Source of the DNA: Candidatus Dormiibacterota bacterium
GTDB taxonomy: Bacteria > Chloroflexota > Dormibacteria > Aeolococcales > Aeolococcaceae
Direction of reading: 5' to 3'
DNA: 64,000 bases
NCBI GenBank assembly: GCA_963768105.1
Contig: CAVYGR010000003.1
Location: forward strand, 331,848 to 395,847
Of the stretch, positions 19,421 to 30,154 are shown piece after piece. The notes beneath the pieces were generated by a model. It was not told where the DNA came from. It saw only the letters and a program-made list of their open reading frames with translations, and ran no database searches. Made by a program: the position numbers and the translations under genes. Positions within the stretch are counted from its first letter, which is position 1, and the number at the start of each line of letters is the position of its first letter.

Positions 19421-20002
19421 ATGGAGCGTTCGGCGTCGAGGCGGCGCGACACTCGAGAGACACAGATCAGCGCGGACGTGGTCATCGACGGTGCGGGGGT
19501 CGCCGCGATCAGCCTGCCGCTGCCGTTCTTCCGCCACATGATCGAGGCCTTCGTCAAATACAGCGGCATGGACATCACCCTCAGCGGCAGTGGCGACGTC
19601 GACGTCGACGCGCACCATCTCGTCGAGGACGTGGGCCTCGTCCTCGGTGGTGCGATCAGCGACGCGCTCGGCGATCGAGACGGCATCCGGCGGTTCGGTG
19701 ACGCCTACGCGCCGCTCGACGAGTCGCTGGTGCGCTGCGTCGTCGACTATGGGCGCCGCCCCACGCTGGTGTACGCGATGGACCAGTTGCACGGTCGCAT
19801 CAACGACTTCGACGTCGACGTCCTCGCCGAGTTCGTCAAGGCGTACGCGCAGGCAGCGGGGGCGACCATTCACTTGGACTGCATCCGCGGCGACAACCTG
19901 CATCACATCGCCGAGGCGGCATTCAAAGCGCTCGGGCTCGCGACTCGCGATGCGTTTCGCGTGATCGGCGGCGGTGTTCCCTCGACCAAGGGAACGCTGT
20001 GA
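19421..20002 (+). CDS. hisB: imidazoleglycerol-phosphate dehydratase
   Basis: ATG at 19421. RETQISADV, DAHHLVEDVGLVLG and NLHHIAEAAFKALG motifs. Confidence 0.9.
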   Translation: MERSASRRRDTRETQISADVVIDGAGVAAISLPLPFFRHMIEAFVKYSGMDITLSGSGDVDVDAHHLVEDVGLVLGGAISDALGDRDGIRRFGDAYAPLDESLVRCVVDYGRRPTLVYAMDQLHGRINDFDVDVLAEFVKAYAQAAGATIHLDCIRGDNLHHIAEAAFKALGLATRDAFRVIGGGVPSTKGTL

Positions 20003-20642
20003 GCCTCCTGGTCGGCGTCTGCGACTACGAAGTCGGGAATCTGCGCAGCGTCGAGCGCGCGCTGCGGGCTTCCGGCGCGGTGGCGGCCATCAGCGACGAC
20101 CCCGACACGATCGCCGCCTGCGCCGGCATCGTTCTCCCTGGCGTCGGCGCCTTTGCGGTGGCCGCACGGGCGCTCCGGGACAGGGGCCTTGGCGAGGCAG
20201 TCCGGCACGTTGCGGCGGCCGGCGGACCGGTCCTCGGCGTGTGTCTCGGCCATCAACTCCTGTTCGAGCACAGCGACGAGGGGCCGGGGGAGCCGGTCTT
20301 GGTCTGCTCCGCGGCGAGGTCACGAGGCTGACGCCGGGGACGGGCCTGAAGGTGCCCCACATGGGTTGGAACACACTGACCAGCGTGGGCGCTTCGACCC
20401 TGCTGACCGGTATCAGCGCCGGCTCGTACATGTACTTCGTGCACTCGTACGCAGCTGTCCCGGTGCCGGGCGATGTCGCGGCAACCACGGATTACGGCGG
20501 AGAGTTTGCCGCCGCGGTGGAGAGCGGCAACATCGCGGGCACGCAATTCCATCCCGAAAAGAGCGGCGCCGCGGGGCTGCGCGTGTACGCGAACTTCGTC
20601 GCATCCTGTGCACTCCATGCCGCCGCGAGGACGGTGAGCTGA
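19999..20642 (+). pseudogene. hisH: imidazole glycerol phosphate synthase glutaminase subunit, apparent frame break near 20290
   Basis: The N-terminal frame carries GVCLGHQLLFEHSDEG. The C-terminal frame carries GLGLLRGEVTRL..VPHMGWN..YFVHSY..FHPEKS. The junction lies in G/C runs (gaggggccggggga). Confidence 0.85.
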
Positions 20643-20646
20643 CCCG

Positions 20647-21381
20647 GTGATTGTCATCCCCGCCATCGATGTGCTCGGCGGCCGGTGCGTGCGCCTGCGC
20701 CAGGGCCAGTATGGGGATGCGACCGTCTACGAGGATGACCCTGCCGACGCCGCGCACAGGTTCCTCGATGCCGGCGCGACCCGCCTCCACGTGGTGGATC
20801 TCGACGCGGCGCGCGGCGTCCCGCTGACGCAAAGCGCGGACGCTGTCGGGCGCATCGTTGCGCTGTGCCGGGGCGTCCGGTGCGACGTCCAAATCGGCGG
20901 CGGGGTTCGCTCGGTGGAAGGCGCGCTGGCCTGGTTGAACGCCGGAGCGACGCTCGTGGTGCTCGGCAGCGTCGCGGTCCGCGACCCCGATACGGCGACC
21001 GCGATCTGCGAGGCGACCGAAGGGCGGGTGCTCCTCGGGCTTGATGTACGCGGCGGTGTGGCCCGGGTGCAGGGTTGGACCGAGGACGGGCTGACCGCGA
21101 CCGAGCTGGTGACGACGTGGCGCGCATGGCGCGCCGCCGGAGTCGTGTACACCGACACCGCCCGCGACGGCCTTATGATCGGCCCGGATCTCGAAGGTTT
21201 GGGTACCTATCGCCGGCTCTACGGCGGCCCGGTGTTCATGTCCGGTGGGATCAGCAGCCTTGCCGATATCGCCGCCTGCGCCGACGCGGGCGCGGCCGGG
21301 GTGGTGGTGGGGAAGGCCTTCTACGAGGATCGCATCGACTTGGTCGCCGCGCTGCAGCCGGATGCGCACCCGGCCAGATGA
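20647..21381 (+). CDS. hisA: ProFAR isomerase
   Basis: [18 protein letters not shown]-terminus, 244 aa. ATGA overlap with hisF. Confidence 0.9.
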   Translation: MIVIPAIDVLGGRCVRLRQGQYGDATVYEDDPADAAHRFLDAGATRLHVVDLDAARGVPLTQSADAVGRIVALCRGVRCDVQIGGGVRSVEGALAWLNAGATLVVLGSVAVRDPDTATAICEATEGRVLLGLDVRGGVARVQGWTEDGLTATELVTTWRAWRAAGVVYTDTARDGLMIGPDLEGLGTYRRLYGGPVFMSGGISSLADIAACADAGAAGVVVGKAFYEDRIDLVAALQPDAHPAR

Positions 21382-22136
21382 CGCTCGCCAAGCGAGTGAT
21401 CCCGTGTCTCGACGTCAGTGCAGGGCGCGTCGTCAAGGGCGTTGCGTTCGTCGACCTGCGCGACGCGGGCGATCCAGCCGAGCTAGCCTCGCGATATGAC
21501 CAGGACGGGGCCGACGAGATCGTGTTCCTCGACATCACCGCGTCCAGCGATGAGCGCGCCATCCTGCTCGAGGTGGTGCGGCGGACGGCCGATCGCTTGT
21601 TCATCCCGCTCACCGTCGGCGGCGGGGTTCGCAGCGTCGAGGACATCGATGCCCTCCTGCGCGCCGGCGCCGACAAGGTGTCCCTCAACACCGCGGCACT
21701 CGAACGGCCCGCGCTCGTCGACGAGGCGGCCGCCACCTTCGGCTCGCAGTGCATCGTCGTGGCGGTGGACTCGAAGCGCTCAAACGGCCGCCACACGGTG
21801 CATGCGCGCGGCGGCCGCGTCGACACCGGTCGCGATGCGGTCGAGTGGGCGGCCGAGGCCGCCGGTCGCGGTGCGGGCGAAGTGCTGATCACGTCGATGG
21901 ACCGTGATGGGACGGGCTCCGGGTACGACCTCGCCTTGACCGCCGCGGTCGCGGCGGCCGTGCCGGTGCCGGTGATCGCCAGCGGCGGAGCCGGCTCGCC
22001 GGAGCACCTCCGCGAGGCGCTCACCGAGGGCCGCGCCGATGCGGCGCTGGCCGCCTCGATCTTTCACTTCGACGCGCATCGGCTCCCTCAGACCAAGCGG
22101 TACCTGCGCGAGCATGGTGTCGAGGTCCGCCTGTGA
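21378..22136 (+). CDS. hisF: imidazole glycerol phosphate synthase cyclase subunit
   Basis: ATG at 21378. [22 protein letters not shown] and PVIASGGAG motifs. Confidence 0.92.
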   Translation: MTLAKRVIPCLDVSAGRVVKGVAFVDLRDAGDPAELASRYDQDGADEIVFLDITASSDERAILLEVVRRTADRLFIPLTVGGGVRSVEDIDALLRAGADKVSLNTAALERPALVDEAAATFGSQCIVVAVDSKRSNGRHTVHARGGRVDTGRDAVEWAAEAAGRGAGEVLITSMDRDGTGSGYDLALTAAVAAAVPVPVIASGGAGSPEHLREALTEGRADAALAASIFHFDAHRLPQTKRYLREHGVEVRL

Positions 22137-22471
22137 GCGATCACCCGGCCCCGCGCTTCGGCGCGGACGGGCTGGTCACCGCGGTGGTGCAGGACGCGAC
22201 CACGTCCGAGGTCCTCATGGTCGCGCACATGAACGAGGCCGCATGGGAGACCACGTTGCGTCGCGGCCGGGCGACGTTCTTCAGCCGTTCGCGGCAGCGG
22301 CTGTGGGAGAAGGGCGAGAGCAGCGGCAACACGATGCACGTGCGCGAGGTGCGCATCGACTGCGACGGCGACGCGGTGTTGATCCGGGTGGAGCCCGACG
22401 GGCCGGCCTGCCACACCGGCGAGCGGAGCTGCTTCTTCAGGTCGATCGATCCCGCCGAATACGAAAGTTGA
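22133..22471 (+). CDS. hisI: phosphoribosyl-AMP cyclohydrolase (no fused HisE domain)
   Basis: 112 aa. [52 protein letters not shown]. Confidence 0.9.
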   Translation: MSDHPAPRFGADGLVTAVVQDATTSEVLMVAHMNEAAWETTLRRGRATFFSRSRQRLWEKGESSGNTMHVREVRIDCDGDAVLIRVEPDGPACHTGERSCFFRSIDPAEYES

Positions 22472-22775
22472 CTAGCGGGATAGGGATTCGCTAGGATGCG
22501 GCATCACGATGGAGAGCGCGGACGTCCACATGCTGACCCGGCGGTTCTGGCTGGACTGGGGACGTATCCGCGCGGGTGTTTCAGTCTGTAGCGGCTAGTC
22601 CTTCGCGCTGAGGCACCGGACGGTGCCTCACGCCGTCGCGGCGAGATCGCGGCAAGCACAAGGAATCGGCCCACACGCGCGCTGCCGCGCGCGTCAACAC
22701 GGAACCGAGAACAGAATCCATGCCCCATCCGATGTTTCCACCGGCACCGCCGCGGTCGACGGTGGCCGTCTGACC

Positions 22776-24502
22776 ATGTGCAACGCGTGCGGATGCGGCG
22801 TCGACCTCGACGAGATGTCGGCGGCGGAGCGAATCAAGGCGCGGGGCAACGGCCTTCGGGGCACGATCGGCGACGAGCTGCTCGAGGATACGCCGGTGTT
22901 CAGCGACGACGCCGGCGTGCTGCTGAAATTTCATGGGGTGTATCAGCAGGACGATCGCGATGGCCGCAGGGAGGCGCGCCGCCTCGGGCTCGACAAGCAC
23001 CACATGATGATGATCCGCACTCGCATTCCCGGCGGCATCCTCGGTCCCGATGCGTATCTCGCCCACGACCGCATCGCCGAGGAGTGGGGGAACGGCACGC
23101 TCCGGGTCACGACGCGTCAGGACTTTCAGCTCCACGGGGTGCTCAAGGGGGATCTCAAGCGGGCGATTCGTGCGATCAACGACGGGCTGCTGACGACCCT
23201 CGGGGGCTGCGGCGATGTGGAGCGGAACATCATGTGCTGCCCCGCTCCATGGCGCGACCGCTTGCACGAAGAGATCCATGCGCGACTCGCGACCCTCGTG
23301 GAGGGGCTGAGCCCGACCACCCGCGCGTACAACGAGATCTGGCTCGACGGCGAGCTCGCGGCATCCAACCAACCGGATCCACCCGATGCGCTGTACGGCG
23401 ATCGCTATCTGCCTCGCAAGTTCAAGACCGCGATTGCCATCGAGGGTGACAACTGCGTGGATGTCTACGCCAACGACCTCGGGCTGGTGGCCCACCCGGC
23501 TGCCGGACGGCACGCTCGACGGATTCGACGTGCTGGTCGGGGGTGGCCTCGGACGCACCGCCAACAAGCCGAACACGTGGCCGGCTGTGGCGCAACCACT
23601 CGGATACGTGCCCGCGCACCATGTGGTCGAGGTCGCACGGACGGTGGTCGCCGTGCAGCGCGACTACGGCAACCGCGTGGATCGACGCCACGCTCGGCTG
23701 AAGTACCTGCTCAGAGATCGCGGCATCGAATGGTTCCGCGCCGAAGTTGGGTCGCGACTCTCGTTCGCCCTCGCGCCGCCACGCCAGCTCCACTGGACAT
23801 CGGCCGACGATCATCTCGGCTGGCACGAGCAGGGTGACGGCCTCAGCTGCTACGGGCTGTTCGTCGAGAACGGGCGCATCCAGGACACCGACGCCGGCGG
23901 GCTCCGCTCCGCGCTGCGCGAGGTCGTCCAGACCCTTCGGCCGCAACTTCGGCTCACGCCGCAGCAGAACGTCCTCATCGCCAACCTCGACGATGCCGGC
24001 ACGCGACGCGCTCACCCAGATCCTGGCGCGCTGGAACGTCGCTCCATCGGCATCAGTGCCGAGCGCGATCCGGCATTCGATGGCGTGCCCTGCGTGGCCG
24101 ACGTGCGGCCTCGCGGTCGCGGAGTCCGAGCGTGTGATGCCAACCCTGATCCGCGAGATCGACGTCCTCCAGCGCGACGCCGGCCTTGCGAACTCGCGGA
24201 TCAGCTACCGTATGACCGGCTGCCCCAACGGGTGCGCGCGGCCCTATCTCGGCGATGTCGGTTTCGTCGGCACCACCCTTGGCAAGTACGACGTGTTCCT
24301 CGGCGGTGACGCCGCAGGAACCCGCCTCAATGAGCTCTACGCGCGCAACGTCAGATTGGAAGAGATTCCCGATGTGCTCCGCGGACCGCTCATCGAGTAC
24401 GCGCGCACGCGCACCGGCGGTGAGGGCTTTGGGGATTGGTGTGCTCGCCAGGGTCTCGACGCCCTTGCCGACCGCCATGCGATTGCGGCGGTGAGCGCAT
24501 GA
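22776..24502 (+). pseudogene. sir: ferredoxin-type sulfite/nitrite reductase, two apparent frame breaks (~23495, ~23998)
   Basis: Three consecutive frames each carry the conserved continuation. Frame 1: LRGTI..FHGVYQQDDRD..GGCGDVERN..RKFKTAI. Frame 2: DGFDVLVGGGLGRT...RLKYLL. Frame 3: ACPAWPTCGLA...MTGCPNGCARP. An alternative start is ATG 22815. Confidence 0.85.
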
Positions 24503-25206
24503 CCATGGAGGCGGCGCCGGAGGGGACGGCGGAGGAGATCCTGGCGTGGACGTACAAGCGGTTTGGGCGGGTGGCGCTGGTGGCCAGCTTCCAGGCGGAG
24601 TCGCTGGTGCTGATCGACCTGGTCTGCGCTCTGGGGGTGGAGCCGGAGGTGCTGACCCTGGACACGGGGCGGCTCCCCGAGGAGACCCACGAGTACATCG
24701 AGGCGGTGCGGGCGCGCTATCCGATCCGGCTGCGCATCCTGGCGCCGGACGCGGAGGAGCTGGAGGCGATGACCGGGGCGCACGGGAGCATGCAGTTCCG
24801 GCGCTCGCTGACGTTGCGCAACGAATGCTGCGCGGTGCGCAAGGTGAACCCCCTGGCGCGGGCGCTGGAAGCCTACGACGCCTGGATCACGGGGCTGCGC
24901 CGGGAGCAGACCCCGACCCGGGCGGGGACCCCGGTGGTGGCCGCGGACCGGGGCCACGGGGAGATCACCAAGGTGGTGCCCCTGGCGGCGTGGACGCGGG
25001 CGGAGGTATGGGCCTACCTGGAGCGCCGGGGGATCGAGGCGCACCCGCTCTACGCGGCGGGCTACACCTCGATCGGCTGCGCGCCGTGCACCCGGGCGAC
25101 CCGGCCCGGGGAGGCGGAGCGCGCCGGGCGCTGGTGGTGGGAGGGGAACTCCGACAAGGAGTGCCTGCTCCATCCACCGCTGGAGCGCGAAAGGTCGGTG
25201 GTGTGA
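24499..25206 (+). CDS. cysH: adenylyl-sulfate (APS)/PAPS reductase, Fe-S type
   Basis: ATG at 24499 overlaps the sir stop. Cys pairs NECCAVRKV and SIGCAPCT (4Fe-4S type). C-terminal RWWWEG..KECLLH (canonical ECGLH). Confidence 0.88.
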   Translation: MTMEAAPEGTAEEILAWTYKRFGRVALVASFQAESLVLIDLVCALGVEPEVLTLDTGRLPEETHEYIEAVRARYPIRLRILAPDAEELEAMTGAHGSMQFRRSLTLRNECCAVRKVNPLARALEAYDAWITGLRREQTPTRAGTPVVAADRGHGEITKVVPLAAWTRAEVWAYLERRGIEAHPLYAAGYTSIGCAPCTRATRPGEAERAGRWWWEGNSDKECLLHPPLERERSVV

Positions 25207-26543
25207 GCACAGCCGCGTACTACCCGGTGGTGCTCGATCTGCACGAGCGCCATTGTGTCGTGCTCGGTGATACGGAGATCGCGACCGAGAAGGCCGCCGG
25301 CTTGCGCGGCGTCGGCGCGTCGGTGGTCCATGTGCGGCGGGCGTTCCAGCCCGGTGATCTGGTGGGCGCGTTCCTGGCGATCGATGCCACCGGCGACCCC
25401 GTGAGTCACATCGGCGCGCGTGCGGAGGCGGACGCGGAGCGCGTGCTCCTCAACGTCGTCGATGTCGCGCAGCGCTGCGACTGGATCGCTCCGGCGGTGG
25501 TCCGCCGGGGTCCGCTCCAGGTCGCGATCTCCACATCAGGCGAGAGTCCATTTCTGGCGCGGGTGCTGCGCGAGCGGGTCGAGGCGTGGCTGGGCGAGGA
25601 ATGGGGCCCGTTCACCCGCCTGGTCGGGCGCACCCGCCTCCGTCTTCGCCGCGCCGGCGTCGCCGGGCCGGCACAGCAGCGCGTCTATCAACGCCTGCTG
25701 CGCTCGGAAACCCTGGCGATGCTCCGTGCCGGCCGCAACGACGCGGCGCAGGCGCTCGCTCTGGCGATCGAGCAGAGCGCATACGCCGCCGACAACTCGC
25801 CGTCGATGGGGGAGGTGGTCCTCGCCGGCGCCGGGCCGGGAGATCCAAGTCTGATCACCATGGCAACGCGAGCGGTGCTCGCCGATGCGGACATTGTGCT
25901 GCACGACGCACTCGTGGACCCCGAGGTCCTGCGGCTGTGCGGTGCGCAGACGCGCGTCGTCGACGTCGGCAAACGCGCGGGCCGTCAATCGATCACACAA
26001 GAGGACATCAACCAGGCGATGATCGGGTCTGCGAGCTCGGGCGAACTCGTGGTCCGCCTCAAAGGCGGAGACCCGTTTCTCTTCGGCCGTGGCGCTGAGG
26101 AGGTGGAGGCGGTGCAGCGAGCCGGGATTCCCGTGCGCGTCATCCCCGGAGTGAGCGCGGCGCTCGCCGCTCCCGAGGTCGCCGGCATTCCTCTGACTCA
26201 TCGTGGCCTCGCCGGATCGGTCGCCATCGTCACCGGCCACCGTGCCACCGGCGCGCCCGCGGATCTCGAGCGTCTCGCAGGGAGCGTCGACACGCTCGTG
26301 GTGTTGATGCCGTCGCAGCTCGACGCGATCACTCAGCAGCTGTCGGCAGTTCTGGGACCCGACCGGCCCGCGGCGATCATTTCGCGCGCCACCACGCCGC
26401 ACCAGCGGGTGCTGCGCGCAGCGCTCGGGAGGATCGCCGCCGCCGCGCAGGCGGCACGCATCGCGCCACCGTCGACGCTCGTGGTCGGAGATGTCGTCAA
26501 CGTGCTTGCGGTCTCCGGACGGCCGCTCACCGACGCGGAGTGA
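25203..26543 (+). CDS. cysG: siroheme synthase (precorrin-2 dehydrogenase/ferrochelatase + uroporphyrinogen-III C-methyltransferase)
   Basis: GTG at 25203 overlaps the cysH stop. N-terminal Rossmann/CysG-N region, then the SUMT block VVLAGAGPGDPSLIT...VVRLKGGDPFLFGRG. Confidence 0.85.
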   Translation: MSTAAYYPVVLDLHERHCVVLGDTEIATEKAAGLRGVGASVVHVRRAFQPGDLVGAFLAIDATGDPVSHIGARAEADAERVLLNVVDVAQRCDWIAPAVVRRGPLQVAISTSGESPFLARVLRERVEAWLGEEWGPFTRLVGRTRLRLRRAGVAGPAQQRVYQRLLRSETLAMLRAGRNDAAQALALAIEQSAYAADNSPSMGEVVLAGAGPGDPSLITMATRAVLADADIVLHDALVDPEVLRLCGAQTRVVDVGKRAGRQSITQEDINQAMIGSASSGELVVRLKGGDPFLFGRGAEEVEAVQRAGIPVRVIPGVSAALAAPEVAGIPLTHRGLAGSVAIVTGHRATGAPADLERLAGSVDTLVVLMPSQLDAITQQLSAVLGPDRPAAIISRATTPHQRVLRAALGRIAAAAQAARIAPPSTLVVGDVVNVLAVSGRPLTDAE

Positions 26544-28021
26544 CAGTCTCTTCGAGAGTTCGCGCCGGGGAGGTCGGGGCCCACGATGCGGGCTCCGGTG
26601 AAGAACCGGAGCAGGTCCGCGTTGCCGTGGCCGCCGATACCGCTGCCGGTCCAGAAGCTCTGCGTCGAATCGGGACTAGATCGAGAACGCTGGTGCCGTT
26701 GAGCTTCACCTCACCCGCGGCGAGGCGCCGTCCCAGCGCCATGCCCGCGCCGATGTCCGACGTGAAGACATAGGCGGCCAGACCGCCTTCGAGACTGTTC
26801 GCGAGCTTCAACGCACCGGCGTCTTCCGTCACCCGGTGCACAACGAGCACGGGACCGAAGATCTCATCGATCGTATCGGCCGGATCTGCGCCGGTGACGA
26901 CGGTCGGCGAACGGAAACCGCCGTGGGACACGCGATCGGCAAACGGCGCACGCGCCGTGGCGCCCTGGCTTTTCAGGCGGCGAACCGCATCGTCGACCCC
27001 CTGAGCCTGGCGGCGATTCGCCTGCGGTCCGAACGTCGTGTCGACGTCGAAACACGACCCGGGGCGCAACCGCATGATGCGATCGAGCACCGAATCGAGG
27101 AGCGCGTCGTACAGAGCCGCATGGACGAACACCGTGCCGGGGCGCTCGCACCACTGCCCGTTGAGCTTCGTAAAGCCCATGACGAGCGCCTCGGCGGTCC
27201 GCTCGACATCGGCGTCGGCGCGAACGAGAGCGGGGTTGTTGCTCCCGCACTCGAGCTGCAGTGCCTTGAGATCTCCAGCGGCGGCAGACGCCACGGCCCG
27301 GCCCGCTCGGCGGCTACCGGTGAACGTCAGGCAGCGAATCCGCTTGTCCCCCGCGAGCTGGGCGCCGGCGTCCGCGTCGCCATGGACGAGCTGGAACAGC
27401 GCTCGCGGAGCGCCGTGCGCCGCAACCGCGCCGGCCATCGCCGTCGCCAGCACGGCGGCTGCGTGTGGGGCATCGGGAGACGGCTTGAGCACGACCGGGC
27501 AACCGGCGGCGAGCGCGTAGGCGGTCTTCTTGACGGCCGTGAACGCGGGAGCATTGAAGGGAGCGAGGACCGCCGCGGGTCCCCAGGGAATGCGCAGCAC
27601 GTGAGCATCGCCACCGGGCGATGGGAGGATACGTTCGCCGGCCGCCGTTCGCGCCTGCGCCGCGGCGCCGCGGACGACCTCGGGAAGCGCCGCCGCGAAC
27701 ATCCTGGTCACTCCGATCGGCACGCCGCTGTCGATCGTGTCGGCAATCGTGAAGGCATCCTGCAACGCATCGAGGCGGTTCGCGAGGTCGAGCAGCAGGG
27801 CGACTTCGATCGTCCACCGACCGGTCCACCCACTCGCCGGTCGCATGATCGCGCGCCGCCGCCGCGATCGCGCGATCGATTGTCGCCGCCGAGGACCGCG
27901 CCGAGCGGGCGAACTCCGCTCCGGTGTCGGGGTCGACGAGCTCTACTCCGTCGAGTGCCGGGTCACGCCACTCGCCGTCGACCACGTCGCGCTGCTGCGG
28001 GAGCGGAGGGCGACCGCTCAC
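26527..28021 (-). pseudogene. NAD(P)-dependent aldehyde dehydrogenase, at least two apparent frame breaks (~27802, ~26680); 3' end unresolved
   Basis: GTG at 28021 lies 1 nt after the stop of the GS-like gene. The N-terminal frame ends ...GEWVDRSVDDRS. The core frame carries ALLLDLANRL...PWGPAAVLAPFNAPA...VVLKPS...LECGSNNP. The conserved C-terminal block STQSFWTGSGIGGHGNADLLRFF is in a third frame. Confidence 0.78.
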
Positions 28022-28022
28022 C

Positions 28023-29378
28023 TCAGATGCTGTCCAGGTACCGCTCGCGCTCCCAATCGGTCACCGAGTGCATGAACTCGTGCCACTCGAACTCCGCGAG
28101 CGCGTGAAAATGTTTGACAACATCCTCACCAAACGTCGTGACGGCGAAAGGACTGTGCAGGAACGCATTCGCGGCATCCAGCAGCGTTGCGGGCAGGGTG
28201 CTGACGCCTCTCGCATACGCGTCGCCGGTGCTTACCGGCCCGGGGTCGGTCCGCTGATCGATGCCGTCGATCACCGAGGCCAGCAGTCCCGCCAGCGCGA
28301 GGTAGGGGTTGACGTCGGCACCCGGCAGACGAAACTCCAGCCGCGTCGCCAATGGCGCGCCGGCGAGGACGCGAGTGGTCACCGTGCGGTTGTCGAAGCC
28401 CCAGGTGAGCCCGTTGCCGGCGAAGTCCCGGCTGGTGGTCCGGCGATAGGAGTTGATGCTCGGCGCATACCAGCACATCAGCTCCGCCGCGTGGGCGAGA
28501 GCGCCGCCGACGGCGTGGCGCAGCGCATCGCTGACCCCTCGCTCCCCCGCGGCGTCGTGAAAGAGTGTTGCGCCCGATGGATCGCGAAGAGAGGCGTGGA
28601 TGTGGCATGACGACCCCAGGTCATCGGTCATGGGTCGCGGCATGAAGCTCGCCGTGTAGCCGTGACGCGTGGCGTAGTCCTTCACGGCCTGCTTGAAGAG
28701 CACATGGCGGTCGGCCATCTCCAGCGGCTCGGCGTATTCGAGGTTGATCTCCCACTGACCGAGGCCGTACTCGACCTGCGCGACATCCACGGGGACGCCG
28801 CTGTCGTCGAGAGCTCGCCGGAGTCCGCGAAAGAACGGCTCCATCGCGTTGCCCTCGGTGATGTTGTAGTCCGCGCGGACGTCGGTGGTCGGGGTCATCG
28901 AGCGATATCCCGACGCGCGCAGCTCGCTAGGCGTACCTCGATACAGGAAGAACTCCAACTCGGTGGCCGTGTACGCCCGCAACTGCCTCGCGGCCAGCGC
29001 GGCGATCTGCCGCCGCAGAATGGTCCGCGGCGCGACCGCGAGGTGGGAGCGGTCGTGCTCGTCGACGAAGTCGGCCAAACAGATGGCGGTGTCGTCGAGC
29101 CAGGCGGCGCGCCGGAGTGTGCTGAGGTCGGGCACCAATGCGAAGTCGTGCCAGCCGGTGTGAACGCCGGCGAAGTCAACGTGCAGCCCGTCGAGTGACT
29201 GGGCCATGTCCCACGCGTACACGCACGTGCAGATGTGGAGCCCCTCGTCAACCTTGGTCGCGAACACGCGCGGGGTCATCCGCTTGCCGAACATCCGGCC
29301 CTGAATGTCGGTGCCGGCGATGATGACGGTGTCGATGCCCATGCGCTCGAGGTCGCCGATCGCGAGGCGATCATTCAT
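28023..29378 (-). CDS. glutamine-synthetase-like gamma-glutamyl ligase (GlnA3/GlnA4/PuuA-like)
   Basis: ATG at 29378 (ATGA overlap with the SDR stop). GS catalytic-domain blocks TELEFFLY, GSSCHIHASL, NSYRR. Confidence 0.82.
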   Translation of the reverse strand: MNDRLAIGDLERMGIDTVIIAGTDIQGRMFGKRMTPRVFATKVDEGLHICTCVYAWDMAQSLDGLHVDFAGVHTGWHDFALVPDLSTLRRAAWLDDTAICLADFVDEHDRSHLAVAPRTILRRQIAALAARQLRAYTATELEFFLYRGTPSELRASGYRSMTPTTDVRADYNITEGNAMEPFFRGLRRALDDSGVPVDVAQVEYGLGQWEINLEYAEPLEMADRHVLFKQAVKDYATRHGYTASFMPRPMTDDLGSSCHIHASLRDPSGATLFHDAAGERGVSDALRHAVGGALAHAAELMCWYAPSINSYRRTTSRDFAGNGLTWGFDNRTVTTRVLAGAPLATRLEFRLPGADVNPYLALAGLLASVIDGIDQRTDPGPVSTGDAYARGVSTLPATLLDAANAFLHSPFAVTTFGEDVVKHFHALAEFEWHEFMHSVTDWERERYLDSI

Positions 29379-30154
29379 CGCGCTAGCCATCCGCCGTCGA
29401 CGACCAGCTGCGTGCCGGTGATGAAGGAGGCGTCGTCCGACAGGAGGAATGACACAGCGGCGGCGACGTCCTCCGGCTGACCCATGCGCTTGATCAGCAG
29501 ACGGTCGAGCACGATCGCTGGGATCTCGAAGTTGGCGGGATCGACACCCGGGATGAAACCGGTGAGTACCGGGCCGGGTGCCACCGCATTGACGCGTGTC
29601 CCCTGGCCGGCGAGCTCGACGGCGCACGCCTTGGTGAGCATCTTCACGCCGCCCTTGCTCGCGTTGTAGTGGGGTTGCGCGAAGCCGCTCGACGACACCA
29701 CCACCTCGGCCTCGACGGTGGAGAGGTTAACGATCGCGCTCGGTGTGGCCCGCGCCAGCATCGGCGCCGCCACCTGCATCACGATGAACTGACCCTTGAG
29801 GTTGACGTCAATAACGAGGTCCCACTCCGCGTCGGTGACGTCGGCGAGCGAGCTCATGGTCACGATACCGGCGTTGTTCACGACGTAGTTCAGGGCCCCC
29901 CACCGCCCGACAACGGCGTCGAGCGCCGCCTGCACGGCGGTGCGGTCCCGGACATCGACGCCGAACGCAAGTGCCTCACCTCCGGCAGCCGCGATGGCGT
30001 CGGCGGTCTCACCGGCGCGCTCCGGGCGCACGTCGGTGCACGCCACTCCGCATCCCTCGTCCGCGAGGCGTCGTGCGATCGCCCGTCCGATGCCAGACCC
30101 GGCACCTGTGATGACGGCAAAGCGGCCGGCGTGCCGTTGCGGTGTGGAGCTCAG
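29375..30154 (-). CDS. short-chain dehydrogenase/reductase, no canonical start codon upstream of the Rossmann motif
   Basis: The reading frame is open upstream of the track ORF and encodes RFAVITGAGSGIGRAIARRLADEG. There is no ATG, GTG or TTG between the upstream stop and this motif. The only candidate start is CTG at 30154, overlapping the stop of the upstream gene (CTGA). Confidence 0.7.
   Translation of the reverse strand: MSSTPQRHAGRFAVITGAGSGIGRAIARRLADEGCGVACTDVRPERAGETADAIAAAGGEALAFGVDVRDRTAVQAALDAVVGRWGALNYVVNNAGIVTMSSLADVTDAEWDLVIDVNLKGQFIVMQVAAPMLARATPSAIVNLSTVEAEVVVSSSGFAQPHYNASKGGVKMLTKACAVELAGQGTRVNAVAPGPVLTGFIPGVDPANFEIPAIVLDRLLIKRMGQPEDVAAAVSFLLSDDASFITGTQLVVDGGWLAR

Noticed and set aside
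28023-29378. Housekeeping glutamine synthetase glnA.
   Set aside because: It is embedded in an operon with an SDR, a hydrolase and an ALDH, and diverges from a permease. This context fits GS-like gamma-glutamyl ligases. Phylogeny is needed to confirm.
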